From Candidatus Saccharimonas aalborgensis (lineage in GTDB: Bacteria; Patescibacteriota; Saccharimonadia; Saccharimonadales; Saccharimonadaceae): a stretch of DNA of 32,000 bases. Below, in pieces: positions 8,293 to 16,781 of the stretch (the first letter of the stretch is position 1; each line of letters opens with the position of its first letter). Made by a program: the position numbers and the translations under genes. The notes below the pieces were generated by a model that ran no database searches, was not told the DNA's origin, and saw only the letters and a list, made by a program, of their open reading frames with translations. The DNA is taken from NCBI RefSeq assembly GCF_000392435.1, contig NC_021219.1, positions 840,001 through 872,000 on the forward strand. Reading direction: 5' to 3'.

Positions 8293-8836
8293 GCCTTTCG
8301 AGTGTGAAACGTACCTTACGCCGTCAAGGTCTCACCAAACCAGAGAGCAAATGGAAACGCTTCCGTCCACACATTGAGCGACCATAGGTTAATGTACCGG
8401 GTACGCTCGTCGAAGGGGATACAATTCACTTCGTACGCTCCGACGGTACGCGTTTGTATGTGCTGTCATTCATTGAACTATTACTTACGAGCTACTTACG
8501 CTGAGTACTCACTTCGCCGCAACCAGCAAGCTGGCCACCAGTTTGTGGTACGAGCACAGGATTTTCTAGGCATTAACTTCTCTATGTTCCAGACAGACAA
8601 TGGGGGTGAATTTGGGACGTAACTCCATGACATACTTTAGTCGAAGGGCATTCCCCTTTGACACACGAGGCTCCATCACCCGAACGACAATACTTACATT
8701 TGAACGGTTAGCCGAATTATCCAGCAAGAATGCCGATCTTTACTTGTTAACGAACAGCGAGTACCAGACAAGGTTGGCTGGTACTCGGCTCTATTATAAC
8801 TGGCATCGCCAAATAGCCATCGAGAGCAGGAGATAG
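8293..8836 (+). pseudogene. decayed rve-type DDE transposase (IS481/IS3-like) remnant, N-terminus missing, multiple frames
   Basis: Fragments lie in three frames: LRRQGLTKPESKWKRFRPHIERP; FQTDNGGEFG (DDE core motif TDNG.EF); YYNWHRQ (compare YN..RPH). No intact ORF remains. Confidence 0.6.
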
Positions 8837-9025
8837 ATTGTCCAGGGCTAGGTTGTAACAGAGGTTCGAACCGATACTTAGATAACGTCAAACAAAAGCA
8901 ATACCGTATGCATAGTAGGGCGTAGCAAAGCGCAGTTAATTATGTGATACCGGCACTCTTGTTGTAGTCACGATTAGATAGTATAGTTAGATTTGTAAGT
9001 TCACTTTAACTAACAGGAGGGTATT

Positions 9026-10732
9026 ATGGCAATAGAACAAAAATATTTAGACCAAGCGGCAAACGACCTATTCTTCGCATATGATGATTCGTTTGGATAT
9101 GCAGGCTTACCCCGGCCTACCACGACATATGACAGTGTTTTGGCCAGAGCCGCAAAGGAAGGTTCCACGAGCCAAAGCAAGGCCGTGTCGCTCATGCAAG
9201 AATATGCAGCATTGTTACAAAAGGAGGCAAATGATCCTAACACGCCGACAGGACCAACATCGTATGAGCTAAAAGAAGTAGACATATACGGGGTAAAGTA
9301 TTATGTGCTGAAGGACGATCCAAATCCTCATGTGGCATTTCGTGTCGACATCCCCGGCAAATTGATCATAGGAAATGCAATCCCTGGCTCGGGAAGCGAT
9401 GATGGTTATGCTCTTAACAATAATGCCGACCTTATTAACAACTATTTAAATAATAGTGCTATAGATGAACGAGATAAAAAGGTTGTTGCGCAGCTCATGG
9501 GCATTAGGCGGCCCACAGAAGCAGACATATTCAGGGCTGAAACTATCAGGAGTTATGGGGGTCTTACGCCAGGGGCCGCTGAGGAATTTGATCAAAATTT
9601 CTTCAACCCTGCCGCTGGGATTACGGAGGGAGTGCAAGAGAGACATGACGAAAAATTCGCATGGTGGAAGGAGGCGACAAATATGGAAAATGCGCAGTCC
9701 GAAGAAGAACTGCCGCTATACGCTCAATACGATCTGAAAATATTTGACCTCAACAATAAAATTGAGCTTTGGAAAGATCGTCCGGACGCGTTCCCTATCG
9801 AGGAAATAAATGCAGACCTGCAAGAGATGAAAAGGCTACAAGGCCTCTACGCTGCTACCCCAAAGCCAGATGTATTTAAGGATGAGGCGTTTAATTATGC
9901 TGCGACAGCAGGCTCCTCCTCAGGCGGCTCATCACCCGCGCCCACAGAAACAAATCCGAATACAAATACTACAGAGAATCCAAAAGATAGCACCGCTGAC
10001 GGCAATGTGCAAACTAACATCTCAAATAACTCCGTCACCGAAGATGATACCTTGACGGGGGGTGTAAAACCAGATAACCAAACGGGCTCAACATCAGACT
10101 CAGAGTCAGGTCCAGAAAAATCTGCCACACCCGCAACGCCTGCTACACCTGCGGTGACGTCGTCTAACTCATCAGGCAACTCTAATTCTAACAGCTCAGC
10201 CGATGAAAGTACTCCTTCTCGCCGCGACAAGAGTACTTCGAATAGTCACAAAGGTGCAGCTGCTGCGAGTAACACAGATGTTGCTGAGGATAGCAACGCG
10301 AGTATCGCTGGCGGTACCTACACCGTGAAAAAAGGCGACACTCTGAGCGAGATCGCACAGGCACACGGCATGGACTACCATACGCTGGCGAAGATAAATG
10401 GTATCGCCAATCCAAATTTGATTCACTCAGGTCAAATCATACGCATCGGCGATGGAGGGAGTGTTCCTAAGGAAGACCTATTGACCAGTACTCCAAGCGC
10501 GGGTACCTACACCGTGAAAAAAGGCGACACTCTGAGCGAGATCGCACAGGCACACGGCATGGACTACCATACGCTGGCGAAGATAAATGGTATCGCCGAC
10601 TCTCACTGGATCCATCCCGGACAACAGATAAGATTTAGTGATAGCGCAAGTGGTGGTCTAGGGGGCAGTACGGGAGACAATACCCTGCCATCCGGTGAGA
10701 TTGGTATGGTTCAGTACACAGATAGACAATAG
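9026..10732 (+). CDS. protein with unknown ~300-aa N-terminal domain, S/T/N/P-rich linker and two C-terminal LysM domains; no recognizable signal peptide
   Basis: 568-aa ORF with AGGAGG SD 7 nt upstream. There are two copies of YTVKKGDTLSEIAQAHGMDYHTLAKINGIA...G (LysM pattern). The N-terminus MAIEQKYLDQAANDLFFAYDD has no hydrophobic stretch. Confidence 0.85.
   Translation: MAIEQKYLDQAANDLFFAYDDSFGYAGLPRPTTTYDSVLARAAKEGSTSQSKAVSLMQEYAALLQKEANDPNTPTGPTSYELKEVDIYGVKYYVLKDDPNPHVAFRVDIPGKLIIGNAIPGSGSDDGYALNNNADLINNYLNNSAIDERDKKVVAQLMGIRRPTEADIFRAETIRSYGGLTPGAAEEFDQNFFNPAAGITEGVQERHDEKFAWWKEATNMENAQSEEELPLYAQYDLKIFDLNNKIELWKDRPDAFPIEEINADLQEMKRLQGLYAATPKPDVFKDEAFNYAATAGSSSGGSSPAPTETNPNTNTTENPKDSTADGNVQTNISNNSVTEDDTLTGGVKPDNQTGSTSDSESGPEKSATPATPATPAVTSSNSSGNSNSNSSADESTPSRRDKSTSNSHKGAAAASNTDVAEDSNASIAGGTYTVKKGDTLSEIAQAHGMDYHTLAKINGIANPNLIHSGQIIRIGDGGSVPKEDLLTSTPSAGTYTVKKGDTLSEIAQAHGMDYHTLAKINGIADSHWIHPGQQIRFSDSASGGLGGSTGDNTLPSGEIGMVQYTDRQ
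10313..10597 (+). repeat. two 96-bp copies identical at nucleotide level (10313-10408 and 10502-10597) encoding the LysM cores
   Basis: Direct reading shows both copies as ggtacctacaccgtgaaaaaaggcgacactctgagcgagatcgcacaggcacacggcatggactaccatacgctggcgaagataaatggtatcgcc. Confidence 0.9.
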
Positions 10733-10757
10733 CCCTTTACTTGCTTGGTGATCGGCT

Positions 10758-10794
10758 ACATACCCCAGCAGCACATATGTGAGCTGGGGTATGT
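10758..10794. terminator. bidirectional stem-loop between the convergent LysM and ABC genes
   Basis: Perfect 12-bp stem acataccccagc (10758-10769) / gctggggtatgt (10783-10794), followed by tatttc on the plus strand. Confidence 0.6.
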
Positions 10795-10830
10795 TATTTC
10801 ACAGTCTGGTCCCGGACCGATAAGGGTATT

Positions 10831-13047
10831 CTACTCTTCGCGTCGTTCGTGGTGGAATTCTACAACCACTTCGTCTGACATACTTAGGTCCGTCTCAGAA
10901 GAGCGCCCTGTAGTCTGATCGCTACTATGTGGCACAAAGAATACATCCCTTGAAGGCATCTCGACGTCTGACGAACCTATCTCTTGAAATACCTGTATGG
11001 TATTTGTCTGTCGTGCTTCAGGAACCGCCATATCCTGAATACCTATTTGGGTGTCAACTGCATTTGGAAGAACATAGCTCTTTTCATCAACGATTTCCTT
11101 CTCTGCTTGCTGAATAGCAATTCCTTCCAGTAGGGTGAGATAGTAATCTAGGCCGCCTAGCTCATTGACATTGGTTAGCGTGCCATTGTCTAATACATAA
11201 ATTGTATCCATGAGTGACAAGAGGGCTTTTCGGTGGGTTACCATGAGAACGGTTTTGTTGGTCACGATTCTCGATAAAGCGTCGCGAATATAGTTCTCAC
11301 TTTTGACGTCGAGGGCGGCGGTCGGCTCATCTAAACAGAGGATAGGAGCATTTTTAATCAGTGCACGTGCTATTGCCACCCGCTGTCGCTGACCACCGCT
11401 CAAAGAAGATCCGTTCTCGCCAACGAGCGTATTGATCCCAAGAGGTGTCTTAACAAGAAACTCGAGCACGTTAGACACTTCTACAGCGTTCATCACCTCT
11501 TCTGAGGTAATCCGCCTGTAGACATCGCCGTCATAAATATTTTCTGCGATGGTTCCACTAAAGAGCTGCGGGGTCTGGCTCACCCAAGAGATCTGACGTC
11601 TTAATTCTTGCAAAGAGAAACTCTGTGTGTCGTACCCGCCCAATAAAATACGTCCCTGGTCTGGCTCAATAAATAAAGGTAGCAGCTTTAAGACTGTGCT
11701 TTTTCCACCGCCACTTGGTCCAATAATTCCTACCTTTTCGCCCTCTCTGATTGTGATATTTAAATTCTTAAATATATCTTTCCCACCATATGAGTACGAG
11801 ACATTGTCAAACTGGATAACCGGGCGGATGCCCGCAGGAATATGGTCACCCTTTCTTAGAAATTCAACACCTTCATGGTCGCTTAGCACCTCATAGATAC
11901 GACTAACGTCAATCTCCTTTTGATACCGTGTGGTTATCTTTTTGACTAAGTTCTCAACTGGTCCTAGTAGGTACCCCATATACGTCATAAAGATGAAAAG
12001 TTCGCCAAATGTCATTTTCCCCTGCATGGCCTCGGTGCCACCAAAATACATCACTGTCGACGTTGCGAGGATCACAAGCAATGAGTTTGAATTCTCCAAA
12101 AGATTACCCCAAATAAGATTCTTACGACTTGCTTCGTAGCTGGCTCGCCAGTAGTTATCAACCTGCAATAGTTGCTTGTCTTCCAACGTAAAGGTCTGAA
12201 CCGTCTCGGCATTGTCAACGGCTTCATTGATTGAACTTGCTGTCTTGCTGTTAAGTTCAGTTAACTGTCTCGAGTATTTACCAAGATGCGGACCAATAAG
12301 TTTCATCGTAACGTATAGCATGGGCATGAGAACAACTGACACAATGGTCAGCCGTGGATTAAACGAAAACATTATGGCTAAGACGCCCATTATCATAATG
12401 ATCGAGCCGATGATAGATGAGGTCGTGTCAAGAACTAGGTCGGATAAACTATTTGTGACGACGTTTTGACGATAGACGTAGTCACCTTTTGCCAGGCGTT
12501 GCTGGTGAAAAAGTGGTAAATGCAATATGTGTAAAAAAGACTCGGTTTTAATTGAACGATTCAATGAAAAAGCAACTTTTTGAAGATGCATCGCACTAAT
12601 CCAGTTAAAGGCAGCACCGAAAAGGAATATCAGGATGGACATTATCGCCGTGTATGCAATCAGTGCGGGCTCACCAGTATAAGCTGTCAGCGGCCAAGGT
12701 GCAGGGATCGACCCAAATGCTGAATCGGCCATGATCTTCATAGGCCACGGTTTGAGCAGTGATATACCCGCGCTGATCGTTGTGACTATAACTACAGTTA
12801 CTACGCCTTTTGTTGCCTTTTTTTGGTATTTTTTTAGCCAAGTTTTGAAGTCAGTTTGTACTGTTCTCTTGACATTTACCTGCAGCCATGCATCAACTGC
12901 TGGATTGACCAATTCTGCGGGCCAGCCAATATCAATCAATACATCAGCCACCATATTTGGTTTCACACCACTTTTGACGGCCATGTCAACAGCTTGGAGT
13001 AACTGCGACATCACCTCATATTCTTTGTCCGCACCCCTTTTTTTCAT
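10831..13047 (-). CDS. ABC exporter, fused TMD-NBD (type I exporter fold), with extra ~90-aa N-terminal domain and ~120-aa acidic C-terminal tail
   Basis: 738-aa ORF with Walker A GPSGGGKST, signature LSGGQRQR and Walker B ILCLDEPTAALD. Six TM segments precede the NBD. TATAAT (13056-13061) lies 8 nt before ATG 13047. Confidence 0.9.
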   Translation of the reverse strand: MKKRGADKEYEVMSQLLQAVDMAVKSGVKPNMVADVLIDIGWPAELVNPAVDAWLQVNVKRTVQTDFKTWLKKYQKKATKGVVTVVIVTTISAGISLLKPWPMKIMADSAFGSIPAPWPLTAYTGEPALIAYTAIMSILIFLFGAAFNWISAMHLQKVAFSLNRSIKTESFLHILHLPLFHQQRLAKGDYVYRQNVVTNSLSDLVLDTTSSIIGSIIMIMGVLAIMFSFNPRLTIVSVVLMPMLYVTMKLIGPHLGKYSRQLTELNSKTASSINEAVDNAETVQTFTLEDKQLLQVDNYWRASYEASRKNLIWGNLLENSNSLLVILATSTVMYFGGTEAMQGKMTFGELFIFMTYMGYLLGPVENLVKKITTRYQKEIDVSRIYEVLSDHEGVEFLRKGDHIPAGIRPVIQFDNVSYSYGGKDIFKNLNITIREGEKVGIIGPSGGGKSTVLKLLPLFIEPDQGRILLGGYDTQSFSLQELRRQISWVSQTPQLFSGTIAENIYDGDVYRRITSEEVMNAVEVSNVLEFLVKTPLGINTLVGENGSSLSGGQRQRVAIARALIKNAPILCLDEPTAALDVKSENYIRDALSRIVTNKTVLMVTHRKALLSLMDTIYVLDNGTLTNVNELGGLDYYLTLLEGIAIQQAEKEIVDEKSYVLPNAVDTQIGIQDMAVPEARQTNTIQVFQEIGSSDVEMPSRDVFFVPHSSDQTTGRSSETDLSMSDEVVVEFHHERREE

Positions 13048-13273
13048 TACTGCTTATTATATCACTCTACTCCGCAAGAGGTATAGTCAAAATTTAGCCT
13101 ATCTACAACTCATATTGCCTGATGGTTTAGCCCTAATTTGACATAACAGATCGTTTGTATCCGAGCGGGCGCTTAGATATGAGTGCTAAGTGCATATCTG
13201 TAAGGACCACAACATAATAAGATTAGACTTACTGATACAGAAAAAGACCTTTCTGTGAAAGAAAAGTCTCTTA

Positions 13274-13602
13274 TGGTGATCCCACCGGGAATATCTAAAG
13301 ATGTAAACTATCCTCACTCGGAAAAATAAGCAAGCTGATTTTTCTCTCATTTCGTCGGTTTATCGAACCCTCCAGGTTCGGTTTCCTGACGGAAACCAAC
13401 CAGAGAAAAAACACCACCGTAGGGTGATGTTTTTTCTCTGGTGATCCCACCGGGAATACTAGAGTATATTGCGCCGTCGCAGCAAGCTGCCGGGCAATAG
13501 CGAACCGCGAGACGGGTTTGATTCCTCCGAGTAGAACTCGGCAAAGAAAAATCGCCTACCCATGCGGGGTAAGCGATTTTTCTTGGTGATCCCACCGGGA
13601 AT
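13274..13602 (-). repeat. three exact direct copies of the 19-nt tRNA-Glu 3' end (att-like), spaced 165 and 145 bp
   Basis: TGGTGATCCCACCGGGAAT occurs at 13274-13292, 13439-13457 and 13584-13602 (the last inside the tRNA gene). On the plus strand each copy is immediately preceded by a different stem-loop. Confidence 0.85.
13546..13582 (-). terminator. stem-loop directly downstream of tRNA-Glu
   Basis: gaaaaatcgcc...ggcgatttttc-type hairpin with inner taccc/gggta pairing. The T-run after the stem on the minus strand is short. Confidence 0.5.
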
Positions 13603-13658
13603 CGAACCCGGATTGCCAGGATGAGAACCTGGTGTCCTAACCGTTAGACGATGGGACC
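13584..13658 (-). tRNA. tRNA-Glu (anticodon CTC), CCA encoded
   Basis: Hand-folded 75 nt: GGTCCCA TC GTCT AACGGTTA GGAC A CCAGG TTCTCAT CCTGG CAAT CCGGG TTCGATT CCCGG TGGGATC A CCA. All four stems pair, with one G-U in the acceptor. Confidence 0.9.
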
Positions 13659-13695
13659 AATGCTGCTATATCGTAGCAAAAACAGAGGTGTTTGT

Positions 13696-14091
13696 CTAGC
13701 CATTTGCGGGGGTCGCGGGCTCAAGTGATGTAATCACTTCGAGGAGCTTGCGCGGGGTAATTTCTGCCTTGATAAGATATCCATCGACATCGTGTTCCAT
13801 CGCGGTACGGGATTCCTCATCTTGGTCAAAGTTGGTCATAACGAGGACATGCGTACCAGGAATAAGGTCTTTGCCTTCCCCCCTCAAAGCACGCAAAATA
13901 TCACTTCCGCGCATTTCTGGTAGCATAATATCGAGAAGAATGAGGTCGTAGCGGCGGTTGCGTGCCGCGACAAGCCCGTCGTTGCCATCAACCATCCAGT
14001 CGACAGTATAGCCGGCATGTTGGAGGCTACGAACATACATTTCGCCGATAAATCTGTCGTCCTCGATGCACAAAATAGTCTTGATAGCCAC
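13696..14091 (-). CDS. single-domain response regulator (receiver only, CheY-like)
   Basis: 131-aa ORF: ILCIEDD...LILLDIMLP (phospho-Asp)...VLVMTNF...YLIKA. No output domain. Confidence 0.85.
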   Translation of the reverse strand: MAIKTILCIEDDRFIGEMYVRSLQHAGYTVDWMVDGNDGLVAARNRRYDLILLDIMLPEMRGSDILRALRGEGKDLIPGTHVLVMTNFDQDEESRTAMEHDVDGYLIKAEITPRKLLEVITSLEPATPANG

Positions 14092-14096
14092 TCGAT

Positions 14097-15683
14097 TTAC
14101 CCCTTATACATTGAATGATTTTTTATCCAACCGCTCCCGCTATTGATGAGACTGGCATTGGTATGGTCGTTTGCCTGTAGTTTGTCAGCGACGGATGCGT
14201 AAATAGGAACGGTAAAGGTAAAGACAGACCCTTGGCCTTCGCTACTTTTCACTCCTATTGTACCACCGTGGGATTCGACAATTGCCTTACAAATGTAGAG
14301 ACCAATTCCTGTCCCGGCGACTGTTTCGCGCGAACGGTGGCTGCGGTAAAACTTGTGAAACAGATTGCCCACGATACTTGCAGGGATGCCTATGCCGTGG
14401 TCTTCAACCCATACGTTGACGAAGTTTCCTTCTACTGCGGCGCCAAGCGTTACAACACCACCTTCATTGCTATATTTTAGAGCATTGTCAATCAAGTTGG
14501 CCATCACTTCGCTGAGGCTTGAGCGATCAGCGGCAACGGTTGGAAGGTCTTGTGGTAGTGTAACAGAGAGAAGCCGACGTTGAGACTGAGCGCGCATGCG
14601 CATATCGTCACTAATTGTGTCGTAGATAGCGGCAAGTGAATCTTCGGCGAGGTGGATTTTCATGTGTCGACGATCAAACTTCGACGCGTTGAGGATATTA
14701 TTGATGTAGCCGCTGAGACGGTTTGCCGAAACAATCAGTCGCTTGATAAGCTCTGCTTGGTCGGGCTGTAGTGATGCGCCGAGCTCAATGTCCAGCACGT
14801 CGAGGTAACCTCGAATTACAGTGATGGGCCCACGTAGTTCATGAGCGGCAAAGGCAATGAAATCCAGCTCATCATCTTCTGGTTGATAAATATCCGTACG
14901 ATCAAACATCACCATCACTATCTCGGCCGCACTCCCCTTTTCGTAGGTGGCGGTGATATCAAAAATTCGTCGATCCTCCTCGCCGACAATTTTACTCGGT
15001 ATATGTAGCCATGATTTTTCGGCATGAACCGCCGTATCATGGCAGTCTTTGAGCCACTGTGTTAGTTCACCCTCCTTCTCAAATAGCAACTCCAAAACAA
15101 GTGAATTATCGGTCGTGCGGGTAACAGGTGCATGCTTATTGGCGAACTGTATCTGTCCCATGCTATCGAGTACAACAATACCCGCAGAGGTCTGGTCAAA
15201 GGCTTGCTTGAGACGTGTTGTGTCATCTGATAGGGATGAAGATTGTCGCTCGACAGGACCACCCGCTTCGGCTGCCGACTGATAGATATACTGCAGGAGC
15301 GGCTTGAAACCATCTCGCTCAAAATGTTTTGCGTTTGGATTTGGTGGCACAACGTCGCTTGGTTCACCAGAAACATGTGTTAGTGCTGCGGCGAGGTCTT
15401 TGAGGGGAATCAGCAGGTTCATTACCAAAATGTAGTTTAAGCTGAAGGTGCTCGCTGAAGTGGCAATCAGTACAATCCAAAAGGCTGCCGATGTGCTAGA
15501 AAACCCAGCAATAAGGAGCGACATTGCGACACAGATGACGATGAGGGTTTGCATACCGAGCGTCACCATAACGGCCGTGTTTCGGTATTTTGGCCAGTAT
15601 GCCTTAATAAGCGGCCGAGAAGTCCCTTTGGGCTCTACTGCCATGAGACACCTCCGGTACCATTTGGCACTGCGGCGATCCAC
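14097..15683 (-). CDS. membrane sensor histidine kinase
   Basis: H-box FAAHELRGPITVIRGY, N-box LIDNALKYS, G1 DHGIGIP, G2 GTGIGLYICK, and N-terminal TM segments. The start may be the internal MAVEPKG (15644). It overlaps the upstream gene end. Confidence 0.85.
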   Translation of the reverse strand: MDRRSAKWYRRCLMAVEPKGTSRPLIKAYWPKYRNTAVMVTLGMQTLIVICVAMSLLIAGFSSTSAAFWIVLIATSASTFSLNYILVMNLLIPLKDLAAALTHVSGEPSDVVPPNPNAKHFERDGFKPLLQYIYQSAAEAGGPVERQSSSLSDDTTRLKQAFDQTSAGIVVLDSMGQIQFANKHAPVTRTTDNSLVLELLFEKEGELTQWLKDCHDTAVHAEKSWLHIPSKIVGEEDRRIFDITATYEKGSAAEIVMVMFDRTDIYQPEDDELDFIAFAAHELRGPITVIRGYLDVLDIELGASLQPDQAELIKRLIVSANRLSGYINNILNASKFDRRHMKIHLAEDSLAAIYDTISDDMRMRAQSQRRLLSVTLPQDLPTVAADRSSLSEVMANLIDNALKYSNEGGVVTLGAAVEGNFVNVWVEDHGIGIPASIVGNLFHKFYRSHRSRETVAGTGIGLYICKAIVESHGGTIGVKSSEGQGSVFTFTVPIYASVADKLQANDHTNASLINSGSGWIKNHSMYKG

Positions 15684-16744
15684 GTTTGACCCCTAATGAG
15701 TGGGACTGCTTGACCAGAGGCGTCGAGTAACTCGAGTGGGCTACTTCTGCTCTTTTTGCGCCAGGTACATTCTGTCGCTATGCCATTTTGGAATACAACG
15801 GCGCTGCCGGTTCCCGACGTCGTGATACTTTCTCTGTAACCGTCTTCAAAGACGAGTGACATATCAACTTTCATTGCCACTACCACTGATGGTGCAATGC
15901 GTCCGAGCTCACGATCATTACTTGGTCCGCCAGCGACCGAGCGAAGGTAGGTGTTAGAGGTAGCATCGTAGGTGTACGCTGTATTGTAGAGAGGGCCGCT
16001 GATGTTGATAGTGACCGAGTTTGCCGTTGGACTCGCTGCAGGTTTACCGTCCACTCTGGGAAAGCTTGTGAAGTTTGATGTCGTATAGCCTTTGGTGGCA
16101 TTGAGGGCATCGAGACGCTCAAAATTTGTGTATACGTTGTGCGGTGGGTAGCGGTCACTGGCGCGCCAGTAAGAACTGCCATTGAAGAACTGATCGATAT
16201 CGCGGTAGGAGCCATTTCTGACTTCTTGGAGCGCGTACTGACTGCCTCCGACATGTGCAACACTTGCCTGGTAGGGCGCCAGCCAATCAACATAATAGAG
16301 TCGAACACTTCGTACGGGCCCGATAAGAGTCGGTTTTTGTTGCTGATAGAGCGCCAAAAAACGCGTGATTCCCCCCTCGGCCACCGCCTCATAGACGACG
16401 CCAGCGGATTTGAGTCCTGATTGTGGGCGTGCATCGGGGCTGTTTTCAATCATGATTGCTGTCACTGCCTGTTTTGTCGCCTGCTCGGACTCAACTTTCT
16501 CACCTGTGAGCGGTGAATAATACACCACAGGCGGAGCAGATTTTTTTGATGGTGACGGGGCGGAGGGAGTTGTATCGGACTGGGCTGGCTGTTGCGACAT
16601 CATGAATGCAGCAACACCACCGACCAGTATGATACTCACAACCCCCGCAAGAACAATACTGCGAGTTCGGTGAGTTCGGAGCCATTGGATGATGCGTGCA
16701 GGTGTTTTTTTGTGTGGCTCGGGCGCATAATACGTCGGTTTCAT
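15635..16744 (-). CDS. DUF3048 (YerB-like) membrane-anchored protein
   Basis: 369-aa ORF with an N-terminal TM. PLTGE...AIMIENSPDARPQSGLKSAGVVYEAVAEGGITRFLALY...IGPVRSVRLYY matches my memory of the DUF3048 core. TGCTATACT lies 10 nt upstream of the ATG. Confidence 0.7.
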   Translation of the reverse strand: MKPTYYAPEPHKKTPARIIQWLRTHRTRSIVLAGVVSIILVGGVAAFMMSQQPAQSDTTPSAPSPSKKSAPPVVYYSPLTGEKVESEQATKQAVTAIMIENSPDARPQSGLKSAGVVYEAVAEGGITRFLALYQQQKPTLIGPVRSVRLYYVDWLAPYQASVAHVGGSQYALQEVRNGSYRDIDQFFNGSSYWRASDRYPPHNVYTNFERLDALNATKGYTTSNFTSFPRVDGKPAASPTANSVTINISGPLYNTAYTYDATSNTYLRSVAGGPSNDRELGRIAPSVVVAMKVDMSLVFEDGYRESITTSGTGSAVVFQNGIATECTWRKKSRSSPLELLDASGQAVPLIRGQTWIAAVPNGTGGVSWQ

Positions 16745-16781
16745 GCTTACGCTTAGTATAGCAGAGGGGGGTATGCTAACG

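Noticed and set aside
13347-13595. 82-aa minus-strand ORF across the tRNA-Glu repeat region
   Set aside because: It runs through the att-like repeats and hairpins and into the tRNA 3' end. It has no SD or promoter logic and is most likely non-coding.
13274-13602. Possible CRISPR array (three identical 19-nt repeats)
   Set aside because: The repeat is the tRNA-Glu 3' end itself. Spacings of 145-165 bp are far too long, there are only three copies, and no cas genes are present. An att-site interpretation fits better.
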